Assembly: GCA_030704615.1 (NCBI GenBank)
Contig: CM060732.1
Span: forward strand, 71,858,001-71,922,000
Direction: 5' to 3'
From: Takakia lepidozioides
Taxonomy: Eukaryota > Plantae > Bryophyta
DNA: 64,000 bases
The position numbers and the translations under genes were made by a program. Below the pieces are notes generated by a model. It had not been told where the DNA came from and made no database searches. It was given only the letters and a program-made list of their open reading frames with translations. This document shows positions 35,321 to 53,108 of this stretch, piece after piece. Each line of letters starts with the position of its first letter. The first letter of the stretch is position 1.

Positions 35321-36425
35321 CTCGAAAATCCAACAGCATCAACATTTTGACAAGGTCCTTTATGTGCTAGTGAGATTTCAACAACATTCATGCAAGTTGT
35401 TTTGGGCTCCATTGGGCTCTACACGGTGAGGAACAACGAACATGTCCAGACTTACACAGATGCTGACCCAGCTTATGTTTGCAGTCTGGAGATTGTAGAG
35501 TGGTCTCTGAAAACGACCAGGGAGGAAGTCGCTGAGCAGCCAGAGTCTTTTACCCTGGGTCTTTTCTCACGTTCCAATATGTACCCCAAAGTCGTTCAAA
35601 ATGTCAAAACCTGACCTAATTTTTCCTTTCAATTTGGAGGTACCTTGCCGAGATGATGTTCCAGTTCCTCCATTTTGTTCAATAACGTCAGCTACACTCA
35701 TTACAACATTTTGTTTTCAAAGGTACTTTGTGTTCCAAGTTTGTTGGCAGAGTTGATAACTGTCTCCTGCATTTCAACATCAATGCATACTTGGAGAAGA
35801 CATCCTGGGGAAAAGGAGTACAGTACTTTCAGTTTTGCTTCCTTGACCCTCTTATACGAGTTTGTAAGGTGACATCACTACCCTCCAGATTTGAATGTCA
35901 TGCACTTCCTCCCAGGTACTTTCTTGGCAAAATTTTCAAGGAGTTTATGCTTATGCTTATGCTTATGTTTGATGCTTATGTATCAGCTTACACAGGTTTT
36001 AGTGTCTCTGTACCCTCTTTTGGGCGTCCCTTACTACCAACCCTTTTACGAATTGTGATGTGAAATCTAGTTGGCATGGGAGGCTGAGTTGGTGTATTCT
36101 CACCAAGACAAGCTGCAAGAAGCAGAAGCGAGACCCAATTTCAGCTGGTAAATGATAAAGATCAAGTTCTATGGAGTCTACATTCTTACTATTGAAGTAC
36201 TTGAAGAAAGAGGAGATTGGGAGAAAGAGCAGGCAGTCTTCATATTTCCAAGAACTAAAACTTTCATTCCTCTAATCAGGCTACAGTTTCCTCCTTGTAA
36301 TAGTAGTATTAGTAGCAGTAAGACTACTAGTGGTATTATCACAATACTAAACTTCAGGGCTTTCCGAACTTGAAATCTTTGCAATTTTGCTTATTTCCCG
36401 TAGTGGGCATGGTCCGGGGGTGCAG

Positions 36426-38285
36426 GTGATGTGGCATTTCGAGTGGTGAATGCAATCCACAGGGCAGAGCAACGCAATCCTGGGAAAGGTTCGGCAGAGG
36501 ATGAGAGCGTGTGGTTGTGTGTGACATCAACCCTGCCATGCTGGAGGTGGGCAAGGAGCGTGCCCGTGAACGAGTTTCTTTCCGTTGACCTGTTGCTCTG
36601 CTAAACAGGTTGACGTTTGTCACCTGATCGAGGCTTGGTAAGCCTTGGTAAGGACGTGTCCTTAAGTTAGTCTTATGATAATCTCGCTTGTTGCAGCCTT
36701 GTGGCATAGACCCTAGTGCCTAGGTTGCATGGATCAGAAAAGGGGGCTGGGGTGGGGTTGTACTTTCATAGACTTGTCGGTGTTGAGTAAGACTGTATCT
36801 ATGGTTTGTGGGAAACAGGGCTGGGAGATGTGTTGTCACTGGTCTGGATGGAAGGGGATGCAGAGATGCTGAGCCTGAGTGACAATAGCATGGATGGCTA
36901 CACAATTGCCTTTGGGAAATGTCAAACACATTGATCGTGCTTTAAATGGGGCCCACAGGCAAAGTTCCTTCCAGTTGCTAAGAGTTTTGTGGTTGCATAG
37001 GGCTATAGCTGAACATTGGAAGTTAGCTGCCTCTCTCTCTATTTTTACCCCCACTTCTGTACTGGTCCCTGCACACCAGACGACATTGTACAGGCCACGC
37101 CAATGAGGACCTACTGAATGTATCTCTTGACACAGTACACCACATTGAAATGATGTGGTCGTCCTTTATTTGATGAGTGATGAAATTTGAAGCTTCTGCC
37201 TCATGATAGCCTAAACAGAGACTGGGTTGGCAGGGTTTTGTGTCACGAGTGGAGAATGGTTCCTATGCCTGGAATTAAGCCATGTAGATATCCCTGGCTT
37301 CAGACAAGTGTGAGCATTTTCTACTTTGTTTCAGTTGCTTGAAGCACACCTGCTAAGAATTATGCTTATGAACTCCAGTGCAGATTTTCCCCTCTATCAA
37401 CAAAGTCTTGGGGTCTTTCCCTTTGAAATTAAGAAAGTGTTAATGTTTGAGGGAAATTCTGGTTTTTGTGAAGCTTAGTCTGTCTCCCTGTGCTTATGCT
37501 TCCTTTTCTCTCTTCTCTTTCTCGTTTTTACTTCCTTCCAGCCTCAGGAAGTGCATTTGAATGATGAAGAAATTGCTGCAGGTATGACATGTATTCTTTC
37601 AAAATGTTATTCCAGCCATGGGTGAGCTAGTCTCAGGAGATCGAGCATCATACCAATGTTTGGTGGAAAGTGTTCGCAAGTTTCCAGCCCAGGTAAGAAT
37701 GTCGTTGTCAAGTATCCTTCTACTTAAAGATTGGGGCACTACCTTCAAGGGGAAGTGACTCTTCTTCACGTTTGCTTCAGCGGGAGTCTTCTCTCTCTCC
37801 ACTGATCATGTCTCTCCACTGATCATGACTCCTTTCAAAAGATGATGGGTCTTGAAATGGATGTTAAGTTCTGTGTCAATTCCTCTCATATGATAATGTC
37901 GAGGTGTCATAGCTGACGCTTAACTCTCTGTGGCACCCATCGACCTGTAGTTTAGGGTACATTCTTTTCAAGGGTACGATAGGTACTTAGAAAATGCACT
38001 GCAGGATGCCAATTGCCGTAGCTTGCAAGCATATGCTTGTATGAAGCAAAGGTCTCCGGAAGCCAGGTAATAGAGTTATGCTGCTTTGGTGATGGTCATT
38101 GTGGGATGGTGAGTGGCACCTAAAGTGTAGCAGCTGCAGGTTTAGGAAAAGTTGTAGCTGATCTGGGGATGGTATGTCATGTGCAGGACAAGTTTGCATC
38201 CATGATAGCCTATGCAGGCTTCCAGGATGTGGAGTATGAGAACTTGGTCGGTGGCGTTGCCATCCACTCCGGTTTCAAACTCTAG
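36426..38285 (+). pseudogene. COQ5: COQ5 fragment, copy 2
   Basis: Same five exons as 8898-10739, ending ...VEYENLVGGVAIHSGFKL*. Confidence 0.9.
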
Positions 38286-40061
38286 GGCATGAGCACTTGC
38301 AGGCTCTGGTCGATACCTCGCATGTGGAAGTCAACCAACCCTCAAAGCTTCAGTGACTTCTTTCATAGTTCTCAATCACTGGAGAATGTTCCGTTAGAAA
38401 TTCTATTTGGGAGAGCAAGATCCTTGAACCAATGGGTGATCCACTCCTCCCCTGTCATGGCAACTGCAACAGGCTTTCTTGGGGAGGGTTTAGGGCCGGT
38501 GGGTTGCGTTTGAATGCGATCTGGAGCATTATGGGCACCAAATGAGAAGATACTCATTAACTCAGACTGATCATGCATAGGCCAATTGTACAAATGAGGG
38601 AGAGCCCACCTCGCCAGTAGGCTTTCCAGGGTTTTACAGTATAAGTTGTAGTGAAGTGAATTTCTTAGTTTTGCGAAATCTTGAACTTCTTTCTTCCAAG
38701 AGCAAGCTGTGTGATTAGTGAACTCATGGTTTGTGGCTTTGAAGTTACATTTAACATAACAAAATCACTGGTTGATCTTCCCACCCATGCCTCAATGAAA
38801 GTGGGTGTAATCCACCACACCCAAACATTTATTTAAACCCAAACTCTTTCTCTTCTCTCTTGACCTTGCGCATGCACTTTTTTGCATAATCCTTGGTACC
38901 TGTTGAGGTGTCTACAGACACCCATTGTGCCGGCAGTCTAGAACACTCCCCCAGGAACATCCAAAACTAGTTCCAAATCACAGAGGCATGCCGCCCTCAG
39001 AGCAGTTGATGTCTGTGTGCCTCACAGGCTTGCCAATGTTATGAACTCATGCAAGTAGGTAATCTACGCTTTACACACAGCAGTATAATGTAAAAATTTC
39101 TGACACGTGGCAGCTTGCTGTGGTGGTTATGTTTCCTGCCAGTTGGCACACCTTGATTACCAGTGAGCAAAGTCATACCAAAGCCACGAAACCCTAATAA
39201 ATCAGGCCAAAACCCGAGAGAAGGACGATTATGAGCAAATGCATGGGGGCAGGCAGGTTGGATTTGAAGGCCGCAGGACTGTAGAGGGCGGGTTGAGTCA
39301 GGGTAGGTGTGACTTGGTGGTGCTCGCATTTTGTGATAATTGATGCACCCTGGAGTTTGGTAGATTTGAAAGGTAAGGCGAGAGAGGTGCGATTAGTTAT
39401 TTTTCGGCGGGGATTTTGCTTCTGAGACATCCCATTTGTGGTAATTCCTCGTACTTCTGGATTTCCTGGCATGAGGTACGATTGATAATGGGTAAGCTGT
39501 TTGAAGAGGAGTGTTTTTCCGAAGCTTATGATGTATGCTGGATTTGATGTAGAAGAGACCAACAGCTGCTCTATTTCCCTCTTTGCAGAATCTGGAACAG
39601 AATTGGAGGAGATGAGAGGAAAAACAGAGGAGCTGGAAAAGCGACAGTATAGAGGTGTTTAGGTTGCGGCGTATTGGTGGAGATAGGTTTTCAAAGAGGG
39701 TGGTACACATGAGACACATTGATGGGATCCACGTATCAGCATGGGCCATAGAGAAGAGACAGAATTGCGCGAAAAGGTGAGAGACGATGGGGCCCTTTTT
39801 TGATCGCCTGCCGGCGAGGGCTTCAGCATGACGTCCAGCACCTTTTCCTCAGGTAATGTCTGACGTTTATTCTTCTGGTTCAGCAGTGAGTTCTAGGCTT
39901 CGGTGGAACTTATAATCGCACAGGGTAACCTTTTGCAATGGTGCAGATTTTCCTCGGCTGGATGAATGAACCACTCCACAGTAGCGAGAGAAATTCTATG
40001 GTAGTCGCACCAATGTATAACTCGAGGGAGAGAATGTACTCATAAGGTGTTGGTTGCCATA

Positions 40062-40088
40062 TGTGTGTGTGTGAGAGAGAGAGAGAGC

Positions 40089-40175
<87 letters not shown>

Positions 40176-40230
40176 TGAGTGAGAGAGAGAGATAGAGAGT
40201 GTGTGTGTGTGTGTGTGTGTGCACGCGCGC
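40062..40230. repeat. Compound (GA)n/(GT)n microsatellite
   Basis: Seen directly. It probably lies in a 5'-UTR intron of the TBL gene. Confidence 0.97.
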
Positions 40231-40955
40231 GCATGGATGCCATTAACTCGATATAGTGACATGAGATGCCTGCTAAAAGGTTTGTGCCTATACGGGAAAA
40301 GCCACCTGAAATCACAAATTATGTCATGTAGGCAGGCTCAAGGATTTTATTGGTGGCCCTAAATAGCTGGTTGCTATTTTTCCTTTGGCTGGACATGTTG
40401 TGAAAGACAGTGGAGAAGTAGCCAGCATGGAGACCAGGATGTCCTGTCCCCAAACTGCCCCAGAAGACTACCTGGATGGATTCAGACATTCAGTCAAAAG
40501 ATAGGGGGGAGGGATGTTGGCTGATCTTTTCATGCCACAGTTCATGTGGGTATGACGAAAGGCTGATGGCTGATGCTCATTATGTGCGCAGGTTTAAAGC
40601 GCAAACATACAGCAATTGGAGTGTTCAGGCTCTTGACTTGCCGAATTAGCATATCTGAAAGTTAGAGTCACTAGCAAGATAGCACATCAACAGTTAAAAT
40701 CAAATTGTGACGAAGAATTGTTCAAAAATGTCATTCCTGGTGTGACAAACCTAATGATAGCACATGGACCATGGACAGGAAGATTCACAATTTGTGGATA
40801 GAATGAGGGAGATTGGAACTATATTATTTGCAGTGAATGTGCTCATCCTGAAGCTAGCAATCTTCTTAACAAAAGATGAGTCTCTTTCTCTGTTACATGC
40901 CCAGTATGGAAGCAGATTGGGAAGCATCTAGTGTACCTCTAAGGCGAAAGCTCTT

Positions 40956-43343
40956 ATGGGCTCCTTTCCCCATCTCTCATCTCTGGTTAGTCGCACCTGG
41001 AAGCTATGGGGTTTTGGACCTGGGATCCGCCACAATAAGCTCATTGCCCGTGGCCCCCTTTCCTTCACCTTCCTGGTTTTCTTGTTGGCTCTTGCTTTAC
41101 TGCTTCTATCTTTGGTAGTTGTTGATCGTGCATACCTCAGTCCCTCAATTTTTAACTTGGAGCATGAAATCTTCCCGTCTTCTTTCTTTCCGAGTAGCCT
41201 TTTCTTCTCCCAGAATCGGCCTTTTTTGTCTCCAGGCTGCAACCTTTTTACTGGGAGATGGGTATACGATGAAACCTATCCACTGTACACCAATTGTCCA
41301 TTTGTAGAGCAAGGGTTCCAGTGCACAGAAAATGGACGGCTGGATTGGCACTACCGAAAGTGGCGATGGGAGCCCCGCGATTGTAGCATTCCCAGGCTAG
41401 TCCTTCTGCTTTGTGCTCACGCTGTTTGCTTCCAATGCATCTTCATTCGTCCGTGTGAGTTCTCTGTTAAGAAAATTGTAATTGGAGCTTGTATGATGAA
41501 GAGATTGCAAAGGTGGGGTTGCAGACTTGGTGACCTCTGGCTATCCGTTCGGATCCTGATCTCTGGCAAACAACCATAGAATTCTGCCTTCCCCCATCTC
41601 ACTTGTCTCGTATGATAAACATTCTTGTGAAGCCTCTTCATCAGTCATTCCTTGCTTAAGTAATGAGACAATGTTTCATGAGTCATTTGTAGGCTGGTGC
41701 AGGTTCAATGCTCGAGACATGCTGATGAGGATGACAGGGCAACGCGTTGCCTTTGTAGGTGACTCAATGGGTCGCACACAGTGGGAATCACTGGTCTGTC
41801 TATTGATGAATGCTGTCACAAATAAAACCTCTGTTCTGGAAATGAAAGGGAGGAAAATTACCAAGCGAACACCATACCTAGCTGTCCGTTTTGCCGAGTT
41901 TAATGTCACTGTTGAGTATTTCCGTTCACCATTCCTTGTGCTAATGGGGCAGCCTCCAAGGCACTCACCACGGCGGGTTTCAACCACCTTGAAGCTTGAC
42001 ATGTTGGAGCCTGTTAGCTGGAGGTGGCGGACTGCTAATGTGCTCGTATTCAACTCAGGCCACTGGTGGACTCCCTCCAAGACTTATCAGACGTGTGTTT
42101 GTTACCTTGCCTAATATACTGTCAAATCATATCTTATTGGCTTTCATATTTTCAGTACCGTGGGAGTTGGAACCAAGGATGTGGTGGTAGTAATAGATGT
42201 AATTAAAGTAAAGAGTTTCTATAATCAATTCTAGTACTGACATGGCCTTGGCAGGATTCTCTCTAGTAAGAGAAGTGCTGTGTATGTTGTAGGTTGGTTA
42301 TGGCTTCGGGTTGTCCCAAGGGTTACTCTCAGAATGAATTGATTGCTTGATTGACAGGCATGTAAAGGTATTGTCCCGAATATGAAGGGTGAGAAATGTA
42401 GACCGTATTGAGAATGAAAGCCTTCGGTAGCTTGGTTGCAGAGGGTGCTACTTCCAGGTTGGTTCCACCCTCAAGTTGGGCATGAAGATTGAGGCAGCAT
42501 ATCGTACTGCCATTACCACATGGGTAGAATGGGTGAGGCACCAAGTCAACACGAGCGCCACCCACGTCTTCTTCCGCACGTTTGAACCCAGTCACTGGGA
42601 GTACGTCTCTCCCTCTATGTGTGTGTCTGTGTGTAGTGGTGTAATGTGCTCTAAGAGCTATGGTTATTCTTGGAAAAAGAATTATGAGGGGACTACTTGC
42701 ATCAATTCAAAGTTATTGTAAAGAGCTTTCTGAGAACTCCAGGAAAGCCAGTGTCAAGTACGTTTTCGTAGGCCTCTTGTTGCCCTATCGGTGGGAAAGT
42801 TATAACAGTTGGTTGCTTTCTACAGGACATACTTGATTTGAAGTAGGTTTACTCTGTAGGCAATGAGACAGCCTTCTTTGTGGTTTCCTTCCTCCTTTTT
42901 TGTTTCTTCTCTTGTGTGACTTCCTTTGATGTTTTGAGCTGCTGCCCATGTTTTCATCTCTGAGATCTTTTCTTTACCATGGATATGTATATTTCCACCA
43001 CAAGATTCTCCTGTCCAAAAGGGAGTTTGTGTACCACGTGTACAGGGGCTCCAGCTGGGACAGGTTCAGCTGTCCAATGGACACAGGACCTTACTTCAAC
43101 GAATCTCATGTTCGGAAATATCCACAAGCACAGTTTATAGAGGAGGTATGGGAAAACCTGCAACCGCCAGCAATCCTCCTCAACATCACAATGTTGTCAG
43201 CATATCGCCCCGATGGTCATGTGTTCAATTGGAGCATTGGGGGACCGCCCATGGATTGCAGCCACTGGTGCCTTCCAGGTGTTCCGGACACTTGGAATGA
43301 GCTTCTTTATTCATTATTGCTGCTGAGGGGTGCAGGTGTCTAG
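40956..43343 (+). CDS. TBL: TRICHOME BIREFRINGENCE-LIKE polysaccharide O-acetyltransferase (TBL7-like); exons 40956-41395, 41703-42092, 42442-42600, 43046-43343
   Basis: N-terminal transmembrane helix, CNLFTGRWVYD..CPF..C..NGR..WRWEPRDC, FVGDSMGRTQWESL, VFNSGHWW, FFRTFEPSHW and DCSHWCLPGVPDTWN. The exons splice in frame and the first intron is GC-AG. Confidence 0.95.
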
Positions 43344-44374
43344 GCCTTGGCAGGACTTCTCCAGTGTTGGTTCTGCACAATTTGACCTAGTACCCATAGT
43401 AGATCGAATTAGGTATTGTTTGGGGTGGTGTTGTTGATTTCCACTTACCCATCTGTCATTTGTGAGAGGAGAGCATGCTGATGGATTGTGTTCCCTTCGA
43501 AATTCCTAGCTCGTGGTAGGATGAAGTACAAGGTTGTATAGCTAAATTGGCTATAGTAATGGATGTTGCAGTGAGATAAGCCTTCTACTCGAGGAAGCCA
43601 TGGTATTCTAGTATCGTTATTGGCAACGTCTTACCAATAATTCCAGGGGTTTTGTTTTCCTTTGTGTGTGTATTTGAGACACGGAGTTTTCTGGAAGCTA
43701 CAAAGGGCACATGGAGGCTGCCAATGACAAATGCAAAGCCATTGCAGCCATTTTCTGTCATTTTTGTTTGTTGTTACTTTTTAAGGCAAAGTAAGCACGA
43801 ATTGCTTCAAGTGCTTCCGTATATTCTCCAAGAGGTGAAATGGAAGCTTCAGTGGATCTGTCAATATTTGTTCATGTTCTGTCTTCTTGTGGGGCAGCAG
43901 TGTGGGTCTCAATAGACCTTCACTAACTACCATAACATGGTTGGTATCGTTTTGTTGTCGAGATTCTGAGCCTACACATATCTGAGCTGCTTTGCTTTTT
44001 CCCCCACCTGACCTTTCCTGTCACAACGTTACAAGTTACAACATTTGTTGCAGTAAAGAATGTCTTAAATATGGCACTCATGATTATTGTCTCCAATTGG
44101 GCAGATCCACATTGGCACCTGAGATGTAGATGGACATCTCTAAGCTGATAAGCTCCTGACACCATGACCTGTCCCTCACAGCAAGGCGTGACATGGCACT
44201 AGCAGAGCAGCCTCCAGTTGTATTGCAATTCGAAGGGACATTTTCACTAAACGACATGTTCATGGAGCCATTAACAAAATGAAAAAATGCTTTTGTAAAC
44301 TGACTCCCACTGCAGAAGTGGTGGGCACTTGCTCAGATTTGCAAAGAAGATTGACTGGCTGAGGAAGACCCAAT

Positions 44375-48488
<4,114 letters not shown>

Positions 48489-51400
48489 CTCAACCCAGTT
48501 AACCAGTTGTACACTAAATACCAGACGATGAGTGAAGACTCCTGAGAATGCAGGGCGGCACAGCTTCAGCTACAAATCCACAATGAAAGGCTGCTTGGGA
48601 AAGCTCTGGCCAGCTGAATCTAACACCTGGACGGAGGACCACACTGAGCATTTGTGGACGCCAGATTCAACGTTTTGTCCTATTCACGGATGAAGGCTTC
48701 CATGAACGTTTTCTGTGTTCGCCCTGACTGGATGTTCAAACCCAACTATTGAATCACTGCTTCCCTAATAGAGAAAGATGAACCAGCCCAAAACACAGTT
48801 CAATTCAGAGCTGTGAAGTCGCCCAAAGAGAGTAGAGAGAACTTGTCAGACGGAGGTATTTTGATGTGAGTGATCAAAGATTTGAGCAGCAAGACAAAGC
48901 TTTGTTGGTGCACTGAGGCAGGCAGCTTGATTAAGCTTATCTCTCAATCGTTTTGAGCAAGTTAGAGAAGACTGGTGATGAATCTGATCTCAGTCTAATA
49001 AATACTAGGGTCACCTATCCACCAGCAAAGGCAAGCCACATTCGGGCAGCGGGCACAGAATCTCTCGGCATATTTTGATGCCATTTCATGGATTCTGGAC
49101 TTTGAGCAGCCATAGCTTTGTGCAACTTTGGCCAATGGAACTCGGGCAGATGGCGTTGGAAAGCTCTCAATTTGGGCTACAATCTTACTGTTGGCGGATG
49201 TTGAATCGGAGCAGGATTCAGGAAGTTAGGGCTGTTCGTAATGATTTTGGCAGCCCTGTGGAGCAACGATGAAGGGCTGAGCGTGGATGAAGCAGTGTGA
49301 GGCGCTAGGGCAACATCTATGGCGGCTGCCGAGGCTTTATAAGCACACCACAGCAACTATTCTTCGGTAGACTGTGAGAGCGAAAGCACGCGATTGTGGG
49401 TTGGAGATTGAGGGCGTCCAGGATGGGCCCCTCAGCAGCAGAGCTTTCAGATCTGGGAGTGTTTCGCTATGGAGTCTTTGTGTGCAGGTGGTTCCATCAA
49501 AAGGTTCTCACAAGGTAGCTCTCCCTTTCTACTTCGTCTGTCTCTTATCGTTGATAGACCTCGTGGTTTGCTACCACCATGTTATAGTGAGTCTGGGCTA
49601 TGGTGTTAGTGAGATTTCTTCTCTTTCAATGTAGTGTCTTGTTTGGTGCATTGCAGCCTCCACGTTGTAATACGTCTCTTGTTTACAGGTCGGTCTCGAT
49701 GGAAACCGTCTCCTTGGCTGGGGTTTCACGTTCTGCTCTTCCGCTTGGACGGTGATGACGCGGTCGAGTGGGGTATGCTGGCTCTCGCGCATTGAGGCCT
49801 ATGAAATCAGATAAATCTTGGTGTCGAGTTGGCAGTGGGACTGTCCTGAAGTGGTCTATTCCCTGCTCACCAAACCCGAAAGAGCAGTTTGGTGTTGCGT
49901 CGATTTCATGCGAGTTTGGTGAGAAACGTTCTCCAGGTTTCAGGAGGGGTGTTTTTTTCTTTTCCGTTCCAGTTTCATTGCAAAGCATAGGAAGGGGATG
50001 GAGTTGATGAGAACACATCTCAGTTACCCTGATCTTGGTTTGGGCTTGCATTTCCTTCTTCCCGTGTTCTTGCTGTCTCCGTTGTTTGATGCTTGGCCCC
50101 TCTTGTGTTTATACTCCTTGTCTTTCTCTTTCCTCTTTCTCCGTTTTGTGTTTTGGTTACAGTAATTGGATATCCGGGTGTCTGAGAGCGTCGGAAAGTA
50201 AAGCGTTATCCAAGTGCTACAATAGATGGATAAAGTGGATTATATTGGAGTTTTGAGATGACATAACTACAACGTGAGCAAAGGAAGTGATGATGAATTC
50301 ATATTGTTCTATCTCTGAATTCACTGGTGTTGACATGCATGAGGCTGTTTCTGATCCTTTGCTCCTTTACCTGCGAATAAGTAGGTGTATTTGCTGTGCT
50401 ATAAAGCCTTTCCCTTCCACTTTATGCCTTGGGGAACTGGGTTGTCTTGGAAGTGCTTGATGGAGCCCTCCCGTTTTAGTACAGGATATCCCATGTTTTC
50501 TGATCTGAAATGGCCTTGTTTCAGATCAAGGCCATTTATTCAGGTTATTTTTTCACACCCGTTCTCTCGCATATTTTAATATGCACCTATGTGGGTCTAA
50601 ATGTCATGTGCTGTTTGTGCTTTCAACTACCGTTCTCTGTTTCTCTGTGGTGCATTGATTGTTCTCAGTAGAAGCATTTGGTAGGATGTATCATGTGGTT
50701 GAAAGAAAGGAGATGATGAAAAACAGTTTCGGTTAACCTGAACTTTATGTTGACAGAAATAACTCGGCTTTTTCTGATCCTTGTCTCCTCAGTTATTAAG
50801 CCTTCTGTCCAACCCTGCCATCTCGTTATTCTCGCCACATGGGAGCTGGGTATAATTCACATCTGGGGCCCCCCTCTGGCGATTTTGGCCATGTAACTTA
50901 GGTTTTCATACTGGAAAACTCAGATCCTTATGGTAGACTTGGTATCTGTTACCATTCTGTTGGTAACACTGTATGTTGATTACACCATGGCTGTCTTACG
51001 GATCAATGGTGTCTCGTTTCCAATGACTTTCCAGTCCCTCAAGTGAGTTCAGTACATCTAGTCTTGATAGTAGGATATGAGTTCCAGATTTTTGAGCTTG
51101 AGTGAGGCTGTGACTGTGTGTATAGAGGCAGATGATTTACAGAGGAGCAGCAGGATATGATGATCACTAATCCGTTACCACTCTGAAATCTGTGTGGACA
51201 AACATTAAACCATGGCTGTGGTTCTGATCCTTGCTATCTTCTACTTAAAAGACTGTTTGGTCCCTGATATCAGGTTTTGCACTGTTCAGCATCTTAAGAC
51301 TTCATAGTGTTCAGTTGGAAGAGGGTGGGACCTCAATCTGAATAATGATATCCCATCAAGAGCAATGTCAGAGAGCAATGCGAGGTGAACAATAGTTATG

Positions 51401-52696
51401 CACCAATCTGGACAATAGTGTGGATATTGAATTTCCAAATCGAACACTAAAAATGATAATCAAGCTATATACCATTCTGAGACCAATTCTGCACGTCAAT
51501 ATCGACGTCTGTTCTGATCTTGACCATTTTTCTTTGCAGGGCTTCTTCAGGCTAAATTGTAGTGTCTGGCTGCAAATGTTTGGCTGCAATTGGCATCTGA
51601 AGGTCGAAGTCTCTTGATCGAGAGACAATGGTATTGGTCTACTAGCAAACTTTCATCTCCTGCATGTTTATGGACTCGAATGTGGACCTTGGATGATCTA
51701 TAGCAAAGGCAAGATGGGTTTCCAATACCCCTAAAAAGTAGAACTCATCCAGCTGTGGCAAAGCCAGTTCTTCAAATTGATTGTTACTGTGGAGCTGTTT
51801 GCTCTGGAGGGCTGGTTATGGTCGATCGTCCTGCCACTAGTTGACAAGTCTAGCAGGAGGAAGTTTGCTTATGAATCCACAGCTTGCAAATTGCATTACC
51901 TTTTGCTGAGAGGCAATTCCTCCCTCGGAGGAATTGTCTTATACAATATTCCTAAGGCTATGGATTATCTGAGCCTCTAATAGAAATTTGAAAGAGACGA
52001 AGTTGAGGGTTATTTTTCTTTTGCCAGATGTCTATTGTAGCAAAACTATGTACACTATTGGATTCCATCTATTCCTAGCTGGCATGTCCACATCTTTAAC
52101 TGTGTAATATCTATTCATTTTTAGTTGATCAGTTCCAGCCTCTTTAAATCGGGCTAAGTAGTGCACTTCAGCATTACCTTTTCTCGTGTGATAACAATGT
52201 AAGGTTTGGGGTAATGTCTACTGTCCCCAAAGCCCTTTCCTATCTTCCCTGCTGCTGGTTAGGCGATGGAATTGAGGACAACCAGTTCGCGTTAAATATG
52301 CACTTACCGAACAGTTCCCTGATTGCTGCCAGAAGATTAATCTTCATCCTTTGCTAGAACAAAAGTACACCCAAAACTACACTCAAGCAGCTTCCTACAA
52401 AGTACAAAGCAGGGGATACTTGGGGAAGAGAAGATAGTAGCAGTATTTCAGGGGAAAGTGGAGAGAATGAACCTAACAGCCAGATTCCATGAACATTCCC
52501 AAACGCCCCCAAGGAGAGAATTAGTCCTTTATTATGAGAGGGTGATGATTCCATGAACAGCTTTCCATACACTCCTCTAAAAATCTTTGGCACCAATTGC
52601 TCTGAGCTCATGACACAATTAATATAGGTTCTGGATGTTAAAAATCATTCCCTCTCCTAAGAACCAACTTAATTTGGATGGAATTCTATAAGATTA

Positions 52697-53030
52697 CGGA
52701 CCTGTTTGCCGAAGACAAAGGTATTGGTTAGGGACGCGAAACTGGACAATTTCGTGGGAGCCGCTTAGGGCAATTTTATTTCGACCTATAGCGTCTCGTT
52801 AATCCTACGGGCGATTGTTGGGGGGGGGGGGAGGGGGGGAAGGGTTGAGCCCGGCCCCCCCCCCCCCCCCCCAAAAAACAAAATAAATCGCCCCTAGGAT
52901 TAAGGAGGCGTTATTGGTCGAAATGGCAGCCCCCACGAAATCGCCCCTTGTCAAGGGACGCCTTCAGATGGGGCGATCCAGTTTCACCGCCCCCGACACC
53001 TTTGTCCTTTCCTACAAGGGGCCGCATCCG
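52697..53030. mobile_element. Fold-back MITE with TA flanks (Tc1/mariner-like)
   Basis: TA|CGGA...GACAAAGGT..GAAACTGGA pairs with TCCAGTTTC..ACCTTTGTC..TCCG|TA. An inner ~40 bp inverted pair and central G-run / C-run are also present. Confidence 0.7.
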
Positions 53031-53108
53031 TACAGAGTGCTCTTGATTTCCATCCAAACTAAGTTAGAAGAAATGATTTTTGACATCTTCATCCAAAACT
53101 TATATTAA

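Larger units (their letters stand above)
31049..39046 (+). repeat. Segmental duplication, copy 2 (several internal deletions relative to copy 1)
   Basis: Collinear with 1141-11506. It lacks approximately 2015-2843, 3707-4210, 5663-6415 and 7319-7518. Confidence 0.95.

Noticed and set aside
39910-40315. ORFs with SLSLSL/THTHT runs
   Set aside because: Translation artefacts of the GA/GT microsatellite.
49370-50400. Possible + strand non-coding exons divergent from RPT2 (AG/GT-bounded segment at ~49488-49514)
   Set aside because: No coding signal or other support, and it cannot be distinguished from chance splice-like sites.
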